From Actinomycetota bacterium (GTDB lineage Bacteria; Actinomycetota; Actinomycetes; S36-B12; UBA5976): a DNA stretch of 26,941 nucleotides. Under the pieces are notes generated by a model. The model was not told the origin of the DNA and searched no databases. It saw only the letters and a list, made by a program, of their open reading frames with translations. Positions 19,030 through 26,941 of this stretch are shown here, piece after piece. Position numbers and translations under genes: made by a program. Within the stretch, counting starts at the first letter, position 1. Every line of letters begins with the position of its first letter. The stretch lies in assembly GCA_039800445.1 (NCBI GenBank), contig JBDLQS010000054.1, forward strand, positions 1-26,941. Direction: 5' to 3'.

Positions 19030-20235
19030 TCATTTCTCTTCAGTAATCAAAACTGGCCGGGAGATAATCACACCAGAGATAAGTTGCACAACCAAGGCAA
19101 CACCCAGTGCAAAGAATGCTGCTGACCATGAATTAGTAATGTCTCGCAAGAATCCCAGAGTCAAAGGACCCAATGCCGAAATCACATATCCCCCACCTTG
19201 CATAAAGGATCCTAAATCTCTTGCTGTTTCTGGCGTCCCCGACCGCAATAAAACTAAAGTCAAGGCAAGCGGAAATGACGATCCAAGTCCCACCCCTAGT
19301 AAGAAAACCCAAAGCCACGTGGCAGCTGGCCAGAGTCCATGGATTGCAAAGCTATAGATTCCAATGAGTCCAACCGCAAAGACGGCAACAAATCCAACAC
19401 ATAGGCCAACTTGAGATGTGTACTTGGCAGCAAGTGGTGGCACAAATAAGCCAGTAGGCAGTCCGATCAAAACTAATAGTGCAAGTTGATTTCCTGCCGT
19501 GACTGGATCCGTTCCGGCTTCGCGCAAAATAGTTGGTAACCAAGTATTCATTGAGTGGAAATTTATGGACTGGAATCCGAAGTACAAAGTCAAACTCCAA
19601 GCCAATGGATTTCGAACTAATGCCTTCATGTTGTGCGGAGTATCTAGGCGTACATCTTGGGAACCTGGATGCTTGTAGAAATGCCAAATAATCAAAACAA
19701 TGAGTGGCAGGATTGCCCATACCTCGAGGGCTTCGCGCCATGAACCTAATCGATCAGCAATCGGGTAGGTAATCAGCGCTGCCACCGCTGCAGAAAATGA
19801 AATTGCACCAGCGATCATCCCCATCACGCCACCAATACGTGTTGGAAAATCTCTTCGCGTAATTAGTGATGGCACAACATTTCCAACAGCAACACCAAGT
19901 CCGATGATTATGGTTCCTAAGTAAAGAACAACAACAAATGGAAGTAATCGAAGATGACCGCCGACTGCAAGAGCTAGCAGACTTAGTGTGATTGCTTTGT
20001 TTGGACTAATTCGATGAAGTAGACGCGGCACAAGAAGTGCACCAAGGCCAAACATAAGAATTGGAAGCGTGCTCAATAACGAGCCCGCTGTTGCCGATAG
20101 ACCAAAATCTTCACGAATCTCCGGTAGCACCGGACCTACAGAAGTTGTCAATGGGCGCAGCGTCATTGCGACAAAGAAAAGTGGCAGTGCCTTAATTATG
20201 AAATCTTGCTTTTCCAAGCTTTGATTTTGTGACAT
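19030..20235 (-). CDS. MFS transporter, CynX/NimT family, 401 aa
   Basis: ~12 TM helices; LRPLTTSVGPVL, GNVVPSLITRRDFP, LYFGFQS, WLPTIL, QGGGYVISALGP, LRDITNSW. Substrate unknown. Confidence 0.9.
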   Translation of the reverse strand: MSQNQSLEKQDFIIKALPLFFVAMTLRPLTTSVGPVLPEIREDFGLSATAGSLLSTLPILMFGLGALLVPRLLHRISPNKAITLSLLALAVGGHLRLLPFVVVLYLGTIIIGLGVAVGNVVPSLITRRDFPTRIGGVMGMIAGAISFSAAVAALITYPIADRLGSWREALEVWAILPLIVLIIWHFYKHPGSQDVRLDTPHNMKALVRNPLAWSLTLYFGFQSINFHSMNTWLPTILREAGTDPVTAGNQLALLVLIGLPTGLFVPPLAAKYTSQVGLCVGFVAVFAVGLIGIYSFAIHGLWPAATWLWVFLLGVGLGSSFPLALTLVLLRSGTPETARDLGSFMQGGGYVISALGPLTLGFLRDITNSWSAAFFALGVALVVQLISGVIISRPVLITEEK

Positions 20236-20302
20236 CTACAACTCCCAACGGTTCAAACCTAGTGGTCAACGAGTAATTGATTTGTTTGGGATGTAATGAA
20301 AT

Positions 20303-20563
20303 GACACCCACCCGTCCGACCTGATTTTCGACCCCACATTCGCCTGCTGGAACTTTCGCAGCGTCAATCGCCACTACTAACCCTCGCTGTTTATTTTGAC
20401 CATCTGGATCAAAGAACAGGCAGGACTTACTTCTAAACCGCACCGTGCTCAACGACCAAAAGTCGTCTTACGTGGACCGCTTTGCCTGCGGCTGGCATCG
20501 GCTTGTTGCAAACCAACTTCGAAGCACTGGTTTGCAACGCAATCACGGACCCGGGTGGGTGCC
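20303..20563 (-). ncRNA. raiA-motif structured RNA (~260 nt)
   Basis: - strand carries, in order, the blocks I recall for raiA RNAs: CGATGCCAGCCGCAGGCAAAGCGGTCCACGTAAG, TGAGCACGGTGCGGTTTAGAAGTAAGTCCTGCC, TTAGTAGTGG, GCGAAAGTTCCAGCAGGCGAATGTGGGGTC, CAGGTC. A 12-bp closing stem (GGCACCCACCCG/CGGGTGGGTGTC) and internal hairpins are visible. It lies directly downstream of comF, the canonical position. Confidence 0.92.
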
Positions 20564-20570
20564 GGCCTTT

Positions 20571-20576
20571 AGGTTA
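20571..20576 (-). promoter_or_regulatory. Candidate -10 (TAACCT) for the raiA RNA; includes the comF TAA stop
   Basis: Hexamer ends 7 nt before the first base of the RNA closing stem. Confidence 0.55.
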
Positions 20577-21194
20577 TCTGGTTTTTGGCGTGCCGCACAA
20601 AGTCAGTGCAAATATTCGTTGGGCGCCTGCAAATTTAAGTGCTTTCGCTGCACTATTCAAGGTGGCTCCAGTTGTAATGACATCGTCAACAATTACAACA
20701 GCTCCGTGCAAGGTTTTTCGAATGCCGAATGCGCCTTCTAGGTTGGCATGACGTTGCGAGGCTGATAATCCAACTTGATCTACAACCTGTCTGCGAAGAA
20801 ATAGATTTGCACCATCCACACTGATTGACTCATTGCCTCTTGCCAATCTGATGCAAAGATTTGCCACGGAATCAAAACCTCGTTCTCTCACCTTTTGTGG
20901 AGAGCTAGGGATTGGGATCAAGGTCAAGTCCTCAGATCTAAAGAATTTTTCATACGTACTTAACAAAATCTGCGACAGCATCTCGTTGTATCTAGCATCG
21001 CCATTCTTGTAGCAAATAATTGCGTCACGAAGCCAACCCGAATACTCACCTGCACAGAAACATGCCTCGAGTTCGCTTAAGTCCCTGGCTCTAAATGGCC
21101 TAATCGAATTGATACACGCAGCACAAAACTCAACCCCCAGGCGCGAGCAGATTAAACATCTGGGTGTAAATACCAACTGCTTTAGAACAGACAT
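20574..21194 (-). CDS. comF: ComF family protein (Zn-ribbon plus phosphoribosyltransferase), 206 aa
   Basis: CLIC...CAAC, ERGFD, QVGL...RHANL, VVIVDDVITTGATL; follows lpqB as in other actinobacteria. Confidence 0.92.
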   Translation of the reverse strand: MSVLKQLVFTPRCLICSRLGVEFCAACINSIRPFRARDLSELEACFCAGEYSGWLRDAIICYKNGDARYNEMLSQILLSTYEKFFRSEDLTLIPIPSSPQKVRERGFDSVANLCIRLARGNESISVDGANLFLRRQVVDQVGLSASQRHANLEGAFGIRKTLHGAVVIVDDVITTGATLNSAAKALKFAGAQRIFALTLCGTPKTR

Positions 21195-21267
21195 AAGCCA
21201 GCCTGAAACGAAAATCTCTATCTTTGAAATACTGGATCTGGATTTGTTGATAAATCTTGGGTGTTAA

Positions 21268-22965
21268 CTAATTTGAGAAAAATCCACCGATGCCAGAAGT
21301 AACTTGAGCCCAAGATCCGAAACTTTGCTGGAAAACTATTTGGTTTGCGCCATCAACAGCAGAAACAAATAGTTTTCCCATTCCATCTACCGAAATCTGT
21401 TGTGCACCGACAGGTGTACTGAACAACTTAGTTTTTCCATCAAGCAATGACACATCAAAAAGTAGTTCGCTCTTTGATTCATCTGAGCCAATAACTGCCA
21501 CTGAAGTCGGTGAACTCCAAACAATGTCGCGAACTGATGTGATGGATCGCTCGATTCGATGTAAGCCAATGATCCTGGTTTCTGAATCTGTCTTAAAAAT
21601 GGCTCCAACAGCAATTACATCTTGGATTCCGTTTGAAAGAACAACGGCTACTCGAACACCATCACTTGCCACTGCAACTTGCTTAACTTGATCATTAGTT
21701 CCTAGCGTTGATACGTCGACAAGCACAGGGCGTAATGTTCCATCACTTAAGACCTCACGTACCCCTTGGCCAGTATCTGAAAAATAGATGTTTCCATCTC
21801 GATCCCATGTTGGTTTAGAAATCTGATCCCCTTGCGCAACTACCCCAAAGTTTGATTCCGATGAGTTGGTTACCTGAAGAGATTTGCGATCCGCAGTGAC
21901 AGTTGCTATTCGGGTGCCAGTGGGATTTAGTGCTGCAAACACCAATGGCGCCGGGGCAATGTACTTTAAGTTATCCGACTCGTTTACAACAGAGAAGATC
22001 TTTTCGTTTCTAATCACATTTAGGTTCGTCATCGCAGAATTAGGTAATGTTGAAAGACTTTGCCAATCCTGAATGGTTTGGAGTGCTCCAAAGTTTGACA
22101 GTGCAAACGGTTGGCCTGAAACTGAAATCTGAACAGCTGAGACATTTGGCAGCACACTAAGTGTCCAAACCAATTGGGCGGAAATCGCCTGTCTTGTGGC
22201 TTCATCTGCGCCTAGGACTTCATTTGATAGATCTACCTGGGCAATCCCATTTGTAATTGGAACTGAACCATAGGTCAAAGTTGTGCCCACCGGGAAAGCA
22301 CTTGTTGCAACTGGGGATAGGTACGGTGATGGGCCATCAAGAAGTAACCGCACTAAAGTTGTCGCGGCACCGGAATTACTAACCGGCACCAAAACATTGT
22401 CAGTAATTAATGAATTCAACTCAGTATCAAAAAAGTAAATTGGGAAACTGCGGAAAGATCGATCTACGTCTCCAGTCGACAACAAAATTCCATCATTTAG
22501 TTTTGCAATTCGCCATTGTTCGCTTGAGTCTTGCGTTAACTCAAACGACTTGGACACCTGTGCACCCGGATCACTACTTTGATATCTACCTAAATCTGAA
22601 ATTGTTCCAAGTTTTCCAGCACTTAGCGTAATTGTTGGGGAGCTACCTGAGACTTCAATTGTTGAAGGGTCGTAAATCTCGATACCTGTCAGTGGATTCC
22701 AGCTCCCAGCAGATTCAGCCTCCAGGTACTGGCGAGCAATTCCATAATTATCCGACGGGTCTGCGCTTGCATCTAAGAATCCCCGCACAATCTCTTCTGG
22801 AGTCATTCCAACACTGGGTGGACGAGCAATTACTCTCACAAATTGCGCGGAAGTATCTGCAGAGATTTCCTCTCCGTAGTACACCTCACTAGAGTTTGGA
22901 ATTCCGGCACAGCCGGTAAGTAACATGACAAGTCCAAATAAACCGCCGGAAAGTTTTAACCTCAT
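21268..22965 (-). CDS. lpqB: Lipoprotein LpqB (GerMN plus beta-propeller), 565 aa
   Basis: Lipobox LLTGC; PEEIVRGFL, ARQYL, WRI, LLDGPS..L.P, QLVWTL, PTWD, SDGVRVA; directly after mtrB. Confidence 0.92.
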   Translation of the reverse strand: MRLKLSGGLFGLVMLLTGCAGIPNSSEVYYGEEISADTSAQFVRVIARPPSVGMTPEEIVRGFLDASADPSDNYGIARQYLEAESAGSWNPLTGIEIYDPSTIEVSGSSPTITLSAGKLGTISDLGRYQSSDPGAQVSKSFELTQDSSEQWRIAKLNDGILLSTGDVDRSFRSFPIYFFDTELNSLITDNVLVPVSNSGAATTLVRLLLDGPSPYLSPVATSAFPVGTTLTYGSVPITNGIAQVDLSNEVLGADEATRQAISAQLVWTLSVLPNVSAVQISVSGQPFALSNFGALQTIQDWQSLSTLPNSAMTNLNVIRNEKIFSVVNESDNLKYIAPAPLVFAALNPTGTRIATVTADRKSLQVTNSSESNFGVVAQGDQISKPTWDRDGNIYFSDTGQGVREVLSDGTLRPVLVDVSTLGTNDQVKQVAVASDGVRVAVVLSNGIQDVIAVGAIFKTDSETRIIGLHRIERSITSVRDIVWSSPTSVAVIGSDESKSELLFDVSLLDGKTKLFSTPVGAQQISVDGMGKLFVSAVDGANQIVFQQSFGSWAQVTSGIGGFFSN

Positions 22966-24515
22966 GGAGCACCTGCTGAAATTGCCACATCGGTAATTGC
23001 ACCCAATTCAAGGCGTGGAAGTGTTAACACAAACTGTGCCCCTTCATTTGGTGCTCCCCACACATCGATGATTCCGCCATGTAGAGCCGCGTCCTCTGCG
23101 GAAATTGAAAGTCCCAATCCGGTGCCTCCAAGAGTTCGCTGCCGAGCCGGATCCGCTCGCCAAAAGCGGCCGAAGACTCTCGAAAGGTCTTCTACGGCAA
23201 TACCTTGACCGTGATCTCTAACAGAAATTGAAACACATGATTCATTTCCTACAATTTCAACTTCAACATTGCTGCCATCACAATGCTCTATGGCATTCAC
23301 AATTAGATTTCGGATGATTCGAGAAACTCTTCGCTTATCCGCTGTCACAGTAGTGTCACCATGACTTGCAAACATAAATTTAGTTGAGTGCTCAGCTGCA
23401 ATTTCTTCATTATCACGCAAAATAATTTCAGTAATTACAGAAAGATCAACCGGCGCACTCTCTAGAGGTGAGGCACCCGCGTCAATTTTGCTCATCTCAA
23501 GTAAGTCACTCAAAAGTAAATCAAATCTGTCAACCTGGTTTCTCAGTAGTTCCGCTGATCTTGCCATGTCAGGATCAAAATCCGCTCGTGCGTTGTAAAT
23601 CATTTCGCTTGCCATTCGAACCGTTGTCAATGGCGTGCGCAGCTCATGAGATACGTCAGAAACGAACTGTTGCTGAATTTGAGATAGAGATTCCAGGCGA
23701 ATGATTTGGCTTTGCAAGCTAGTCGCCATTTCGTTAAACGAGCCAGCAAGTCGAGCAATATCATCCTCGCCATTTACCTGCATTCGCCGATCCAAGTCTC
23801 CAGATGCAATCTGGACCGCAATCTCGGCTGCCTCTCTGACTGGGTCAGTGACTCGTGCGGTAACAAACCATGCCAGTACCATCAAACTCACTAACAGAAT
23901 GATTCCTGTTGCCGCAACTCCTTGTTTTACCAGGTCAATAGTTCGTTGCTCATTATCAAGTGGGAATAACAAATACAGCTCGTATGCTCCCACTCGCGGA
24001 ATAGTAACTGGCGAACCAACAACAAGACCTGGAGAAGTAGCACCACCCTCGTAAATCAAGTTTGAATATGCCCAGGCTTGACGATCGCGTTCCCGAATTG
24101 CGGTTCTTAAAGTTTCAGGAATGGAGGCTTCTGAAATCAATTTAGTTCCACGCTCGGGCACGCCCACTAAATCTGGATCACTCAAGAACAAGGCGTCATA
24201 GATTCCCGGTGACCCAGCGCGCACGGCAAGGGCGGTGATTACAGAATCGACAAGTCTGGTGTTGTTCGGTGCTACGAGTCCGACATCGGAGGCATCAAGT
24301 AGTCGTTGAACTTCAAGTCTGGCAGCAGTTGCTTCGGTTAAGGCACTTTGTTGTTTCGCTTCAAGCAAACCTGAAGTCACTTGATTTACCAGAAGGATGC
24401 CAACAATACTCAAAACCGTTGCAGAGATTGCAAAGGTCAAAATGAGCAACCGAAACTGCAGGTTTCTTCTCCAACGGCTTCGGATCGAGGTCTTCTCTCG
24501 AGCTAGGGTGCTCAC
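22962..24515 (-). CDS. mtrB: Sensor histidine kinase MtrB, 517 aa
   Basis: Two TM helices, HAMP, FVSDVSHELRTPLTTVRMA, NLIVNA, VRDHG, RFWRADPARQRTLGGTGLGLSI; between mtrA and lpqB. Confidence 0.95.
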   Translation of the reverse strand: MSTLAREKTSIRSRWRRNLQFRLLILTFAISATVLSIVGILLVNQVTSGLLEAKQQSALTEATAARLEVQRLLDASDVGLVAPNNTRLVDSVITALAVRAGSPGIYDALFLSDPDLVGVPERGTKLISEASIPETLRTAIRERDRQAWAYSNLIYEGGATSPGLVVGSPVTIPRVGAYELYLLFPLDNEQRTIDLVKQGVAATGIILLVSLMVLAWFVTARVTDPVREAAEIAVQIASGDLDRRMQVNGEDDIARLAGSFNEMATSLQSQIIRLESLSQIQQQFVSDVSHELRTPLTTVRMASEMIYNARADFDPDMARSAELLRNQVDRFDLLLSDLLEMSKIDAGASPLESAPVDLSVITEIILRDNEEIAAEHSTKFMFASHGDTTVTADKRRVSRIIRNLIVNAIEHCDGSNVEVEIVGNESCVSISVRDHGQGIAVEDLSRVFGRFWRADPARQRTLGGTGLGLSISAEDAALHGGIIDVWGAPNEGAQFVLTLPRLELGAITDVAISAGAP

Positions 24516-24518
24516 AGC

Positions 24519-25196
24519 TTAGGTTTGCCCTGCCTTGTAGCCAACCCCTCGAACGGTGACAACAATTTCAGGATGCTCTGGATCGATCTCAATCTTTGCG
24601 CGAAGTCTTTGTACGTGAACATTTACCAGTCTGGTGTCAGCTGCATGTTGATATTCCCATACCTCTTCAAGTAAAGCCTCCCGTGAAAAAACCTGCCAAG
24701 GGCGTTTAGCAAGCGTGACTAGTAATTTGAATTCCAAAACCGTGAGCGGAATGTTTACTTCGCCACGTTTTACTCCATGACCAGCTACGTCAATTACTAA
24801 GTCGCCAACTTTAATTTCATTTACCACCGGTGCTTCGATGTTTCTTAAACGTGCTCGAATTCTGGCAATCAACTCTTCATTCTTGATTGGCTTCACGACA
24901 TAGTCGTCTGCTCCAGCTTCTAACCCGGTTACTACATCACTTGTGTCACTGCGGGCGGTCAACATAACAATTGGAACTCCACTTGATTCCCTAATTGCTC
25001 GACAAATCTCAACACCATCTCTACCTGGCAGCATTAAATCGAGTAAGACTAAATCTGGATTAACAACTTGAAAGGCATTGAGAGCCTGATTTCCATCAGC
25101 GCAGTATGAAACTTCAAAACCCTCTGCGCGCAGCAGAATACCTACGATCTCAGCAATGGATTGATCATCTTCGATGACCAAGATGCGCTGACCCAT
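24519..25196 (-). CDS. mtrA: Response regulator MtrA (start moved to ATG 25196; 225 aa)
   Basis: LLDLMLPG, VPIVMLTA, GADDYVVKP, REALLEEVW.Y..AADTRLVNVHVQRLRAKIE..PEHPEIVVTVRGVGYKAG; SD GGGAG upstream of 25196. Confidence 0.96.
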   Translation of the reverse strand: MGQRILVIEDDQSIAEIVGILLRAEGFEVSYCADGNQALNAFQVVNPDLVLLDLMLPGRDGVEICRAIRESSGVPIVMLTARSDTSDVVTGLEAGADDYVVKPIKNEELIARIRARLRNIEAPVVNEIKVGDLVIDVAGHGVKRGEVNIPLTVLEFKLLVTLAKRPWQVFSREALLEEVWEYQHAADTRLVNVHVQRLRAKIEIDPEHPEIVVTVRGVGYKAGQT

Positions 25197-25302
25197 TCCG
25201 GCACTCCCTATTAACACTGTTTGAATGCCAAATTTACCTCACGAATGAGAAACCTCGGTACCGATTGGAGTAATGCCTATAAACGTTGGCTAAACTGAGG
25301 TA

Positions 25303-25764
25303 ATGCTCCTTAAAGATTTTGTCACCAAATTGCGCAAAGAACTGGGCAAGTTTGGTGTCGTTGGTTTGGTGGCATACATAATCGACCTGACAGTATTTAA
25401 CCTTTTGCGTTTTGCTGGTGGTGAGGGTCCGCTTTATGACAAGCCACTGACTGCAAAAGTAATCAGCGTTTTATTCGCCACCACTTTTGCTTACTTTGGA
25501 AATCGAAACTGGACCTTTAAAGACCGTTCCCGGTCATCATTCCGACGCCAATACACCTTATTTTTTGTTTTCAATGCTGTCGGAATGATAATTTCTCTAT
25601 CTTGCCTCTGGGTAAGCCACTACTTACTTGGATTTACAAGTGCACTTGCTGACAACATCAGTGCAAATGTTGTTGGACTAGTTTTAGGAACTATCTTTAG
25701 ATTTTGGGGATACCATAATTGGGTTTTTCCAAATGACGTTTCTAGTGTTGAACAAAACAGCTAA
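25303..25764 (+). CDS. GtrA family membrane protein (lipid-linked sugar translocation), 153 aa
   Basis: KFGVVG, AKVIS, AYFGNRNWTF, LFFVFN, N..G...GTIFRFWGY..WVF; TAAACT -10 6 nt before ATG. Confidence 0.9.
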   Translation: MLLKDFVTKLRKELGKFGVVGLVAYIIDLTVFNLLRFAGGEGPLYDKPLTAKVISVLFATTFAYFGNRNWTFKDRSRSSFRRQYTLFFVFNAVGMIISLSCLWVSHYLLGFTSALADNISANVVGLVLGTIFRFWGYHNWVFPNDVSSVEQNS

Positions 25765-26777
25765 ACAGATTTTGCTGTAGTTGTTCCAACTGACATAAGA
25801 AAAATTCCAAAAACTGCTGGCTTCAAACTTCGTAACTCGAGTCGGCCACCATCAGATGCGACTTGGTTTCGAGCCCATGCCAAACCTAGTCCGGTGCCAC
25901 CAGTCGTTGTGCCCTGCGTCATTAAAGTACTTTCAATGTCTTGCGAAATTCCGTTACCTTCATCCTGGATTTCTATCAGAGTCCAGGATTGAAAATCACG
26001 CGCGGATATCTCAATAGTTCCAGCCCCATGTTGTAACGAGTTTTCAATTAGTACCGACAGAACAAGTTCCTGAACTTCAGGGGTGCCCAGTGCTGCTAAC
26101 CCAGGCTCACAGGCAACAACAATTTTTCGACCAGAAGAATGAACTTTTGCCTGCCATCTCTCTTTAACGTTCACAAGTAACTCAGAAACATTAATTTCTG
26201 TAAGGTCACGGTCTGTTGTTGATCTCCAAGTGGTGAGCAATCCTTCTACCAACTTCACGAGTCGATCCACTTGCGCAAGTGCTGCAATTGAATCCTGCTC
26301 AACATTGGAATCTTTTGTGTCCTGTGAGATTTGTTCTAGGCGAAGTGACAGGGCAGTCAGCGGGGATCTGAGCTGATGTGAGACGTCGGCTGCAAGGGTA
26401 CGTTCGGCATCAAGTCGGCGCTGGGCATCAGTTGCAGCTAGATAAAGATTGTTAATCGTTAAGTCAACTTCATGCATACCAGTTTCTTCTGGCGGAGTAA
26501 TTGATCGTCGGGTAGTTATTAAGTTGATCTGACTTAATAAAGTCTCAAATGGTCGCACCGTAGCTTTTGCCAATATCTGAGACGCGAACACAACTAGCGC
26601 CGCAGTTAGACCCACAATGGCTTGAATTCCAAAACTCAGCGCAGAGGAATCTATAAAGAAGACATTTGAACTTGAGGTTTGATTTGAATCCAAAAACCAA
26701 AGGTTCGCAACTATAGCCAACAAAATTACCCAAGGAAGTATGGCAAGGACGAAAAATCTAAATAGCCTTTGTTGCAT
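25761..26777 (-). CDS. Sensor histidine kinase with a very short extracellular loop (possibly DraK-like), 338 aa
   Basis: Two TM helices; AADVSHQLRSPLTALSLRLE (H box), LIENSLQHG (N), IQDEGNG (G1), GGTGLGL (G2). DraK resemblance rests on GtrA-adjacent synteny only. Confidence 0.88.
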   Translation of the reverse strand: MQQRLFRFFVLAILPWVILLAIVANLWFLDSNQTSSSNVFFIDSSALSFGIQAIVGLTAALVVFASQILAKATVRPFETLLSQINLITTRRSITPPEETGMHEVDLTINNLYLAATDAQRRLDAERTLAADVSHQLRSPLTALSLRLEQISQDTKDSNVEQDSIAALAQVDRLVKLVEGLLTTWRSTTDRDLTEINVSELLVNVKERWQAKVHSSGRKIVVACEPGLAALGTPEVQELVLSVLIENSLQHGAGTIEISARDFQSWTLIEIQDEGNGISQDIESTLMTQGTTTGGTGLGLAWARNQVASDGGRLELRSLKPAVFGIFLMSVGTTTAKSV

Positions 26778-26779
26778 GG

Positions 26780-26941
26780 TTAGGTCCGATCGAATCTAAA
26801 CCCAAGGCCACGAATTGTGGAGATGTGTTCGCCTTCTTCCCCAAGTTTTCGACGCAAAGCTGAGACATGCATATCCAAATTCTTTGTCGACCCTGACCAG
26901 TCGGTGTTCCACACATCGCGCAAGATTTGTTGCCGACTAAT
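26780..26941 (-). CDS. OmpR-family response regulator, C-terminal 53 aa (runs off the right edge; absent from the ORF track)
   Basis: Manual translation ISRQQILRDVWNTDWSGSTKNLDMHVSALRRKLGEEGEHISTIRGLGFRFDRT* is a winged-helix domain; ends 2 nt before the kinase ATG. Confidence 0.92.
   Translation of the reverse strand: MSRQQILRDVWNTDWSGSTKNLDMHVSALRRKLGEEGEHISTIRGLGFRFDRT

Noticed and set aside
20192-20751. ORFs 20192-20452 (-), 20445-20741 (+) and 20482-20751 (+) as hpf/raiA or small proteins
   Set aside because: No HPF motifs; they overlap the raiA RNA, comF and the MFS start, and the sequence is explained by RNA structure.
25197-25217. N-terminal extension of MtrA (MLIGSAG)
   Set aside because: This stretch contains the SD (GGGAG); the receiver domain begins at ATG 25196.
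2409-26733. Remaining 60-162-aa ORFs in the track nested in or antisense to the genes above
   Set aside because: All overlap well-supported genes and show no domain signatures or initiation signals.

Overview
A 26.9-kb, gene-dense window of moderate GC (mid-40s % by eye) from a streamlined actinobacterium. A freshwater Nanopelagicales-like lineage is a guess from gene content and compaction. From left to right it holds: the end of a BldK/Dpp-type peptide ABC locus and typA; a 3-gene accessory cassette (two tandem, divergent TagF-like glycerophosphotransferase paralogs plus a secreted metallophosphoesterase) ending at an unusual nested repeat on the ychF 3' end; the conserved actinobacterial block ychF-DUF6542-ispH-xseA/xseB-DUF4245-fumarase-Rpf-like-phoH2-cis-prenyltransferase-YyaL; a CynX-type MFS gene; a ~260-nt raiA-motif ncRNA absent from the ORF track; comF-lpqB-mtrB-mtrA; and GtrA plus a second two-component system. 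Main observations: (1) a raiA RNA with no raiA/hpf gene downstream; (2) the TagF-like pair with its phosphoesterase; (3) an 18-bp perfect inverted repeat plus 19-bp direct repeat at the ychF stop; (4) xseB inverted relative to xseA, with its own leaderless promoter; (5) pervasive leaderless promoters, with three -10 hexamers built from the upstream gene's stop codon. No tRNA, rRNA, CRISPR array, transposase or integrase was seen. All family assignments come from motif recognition by eye, not database searches.
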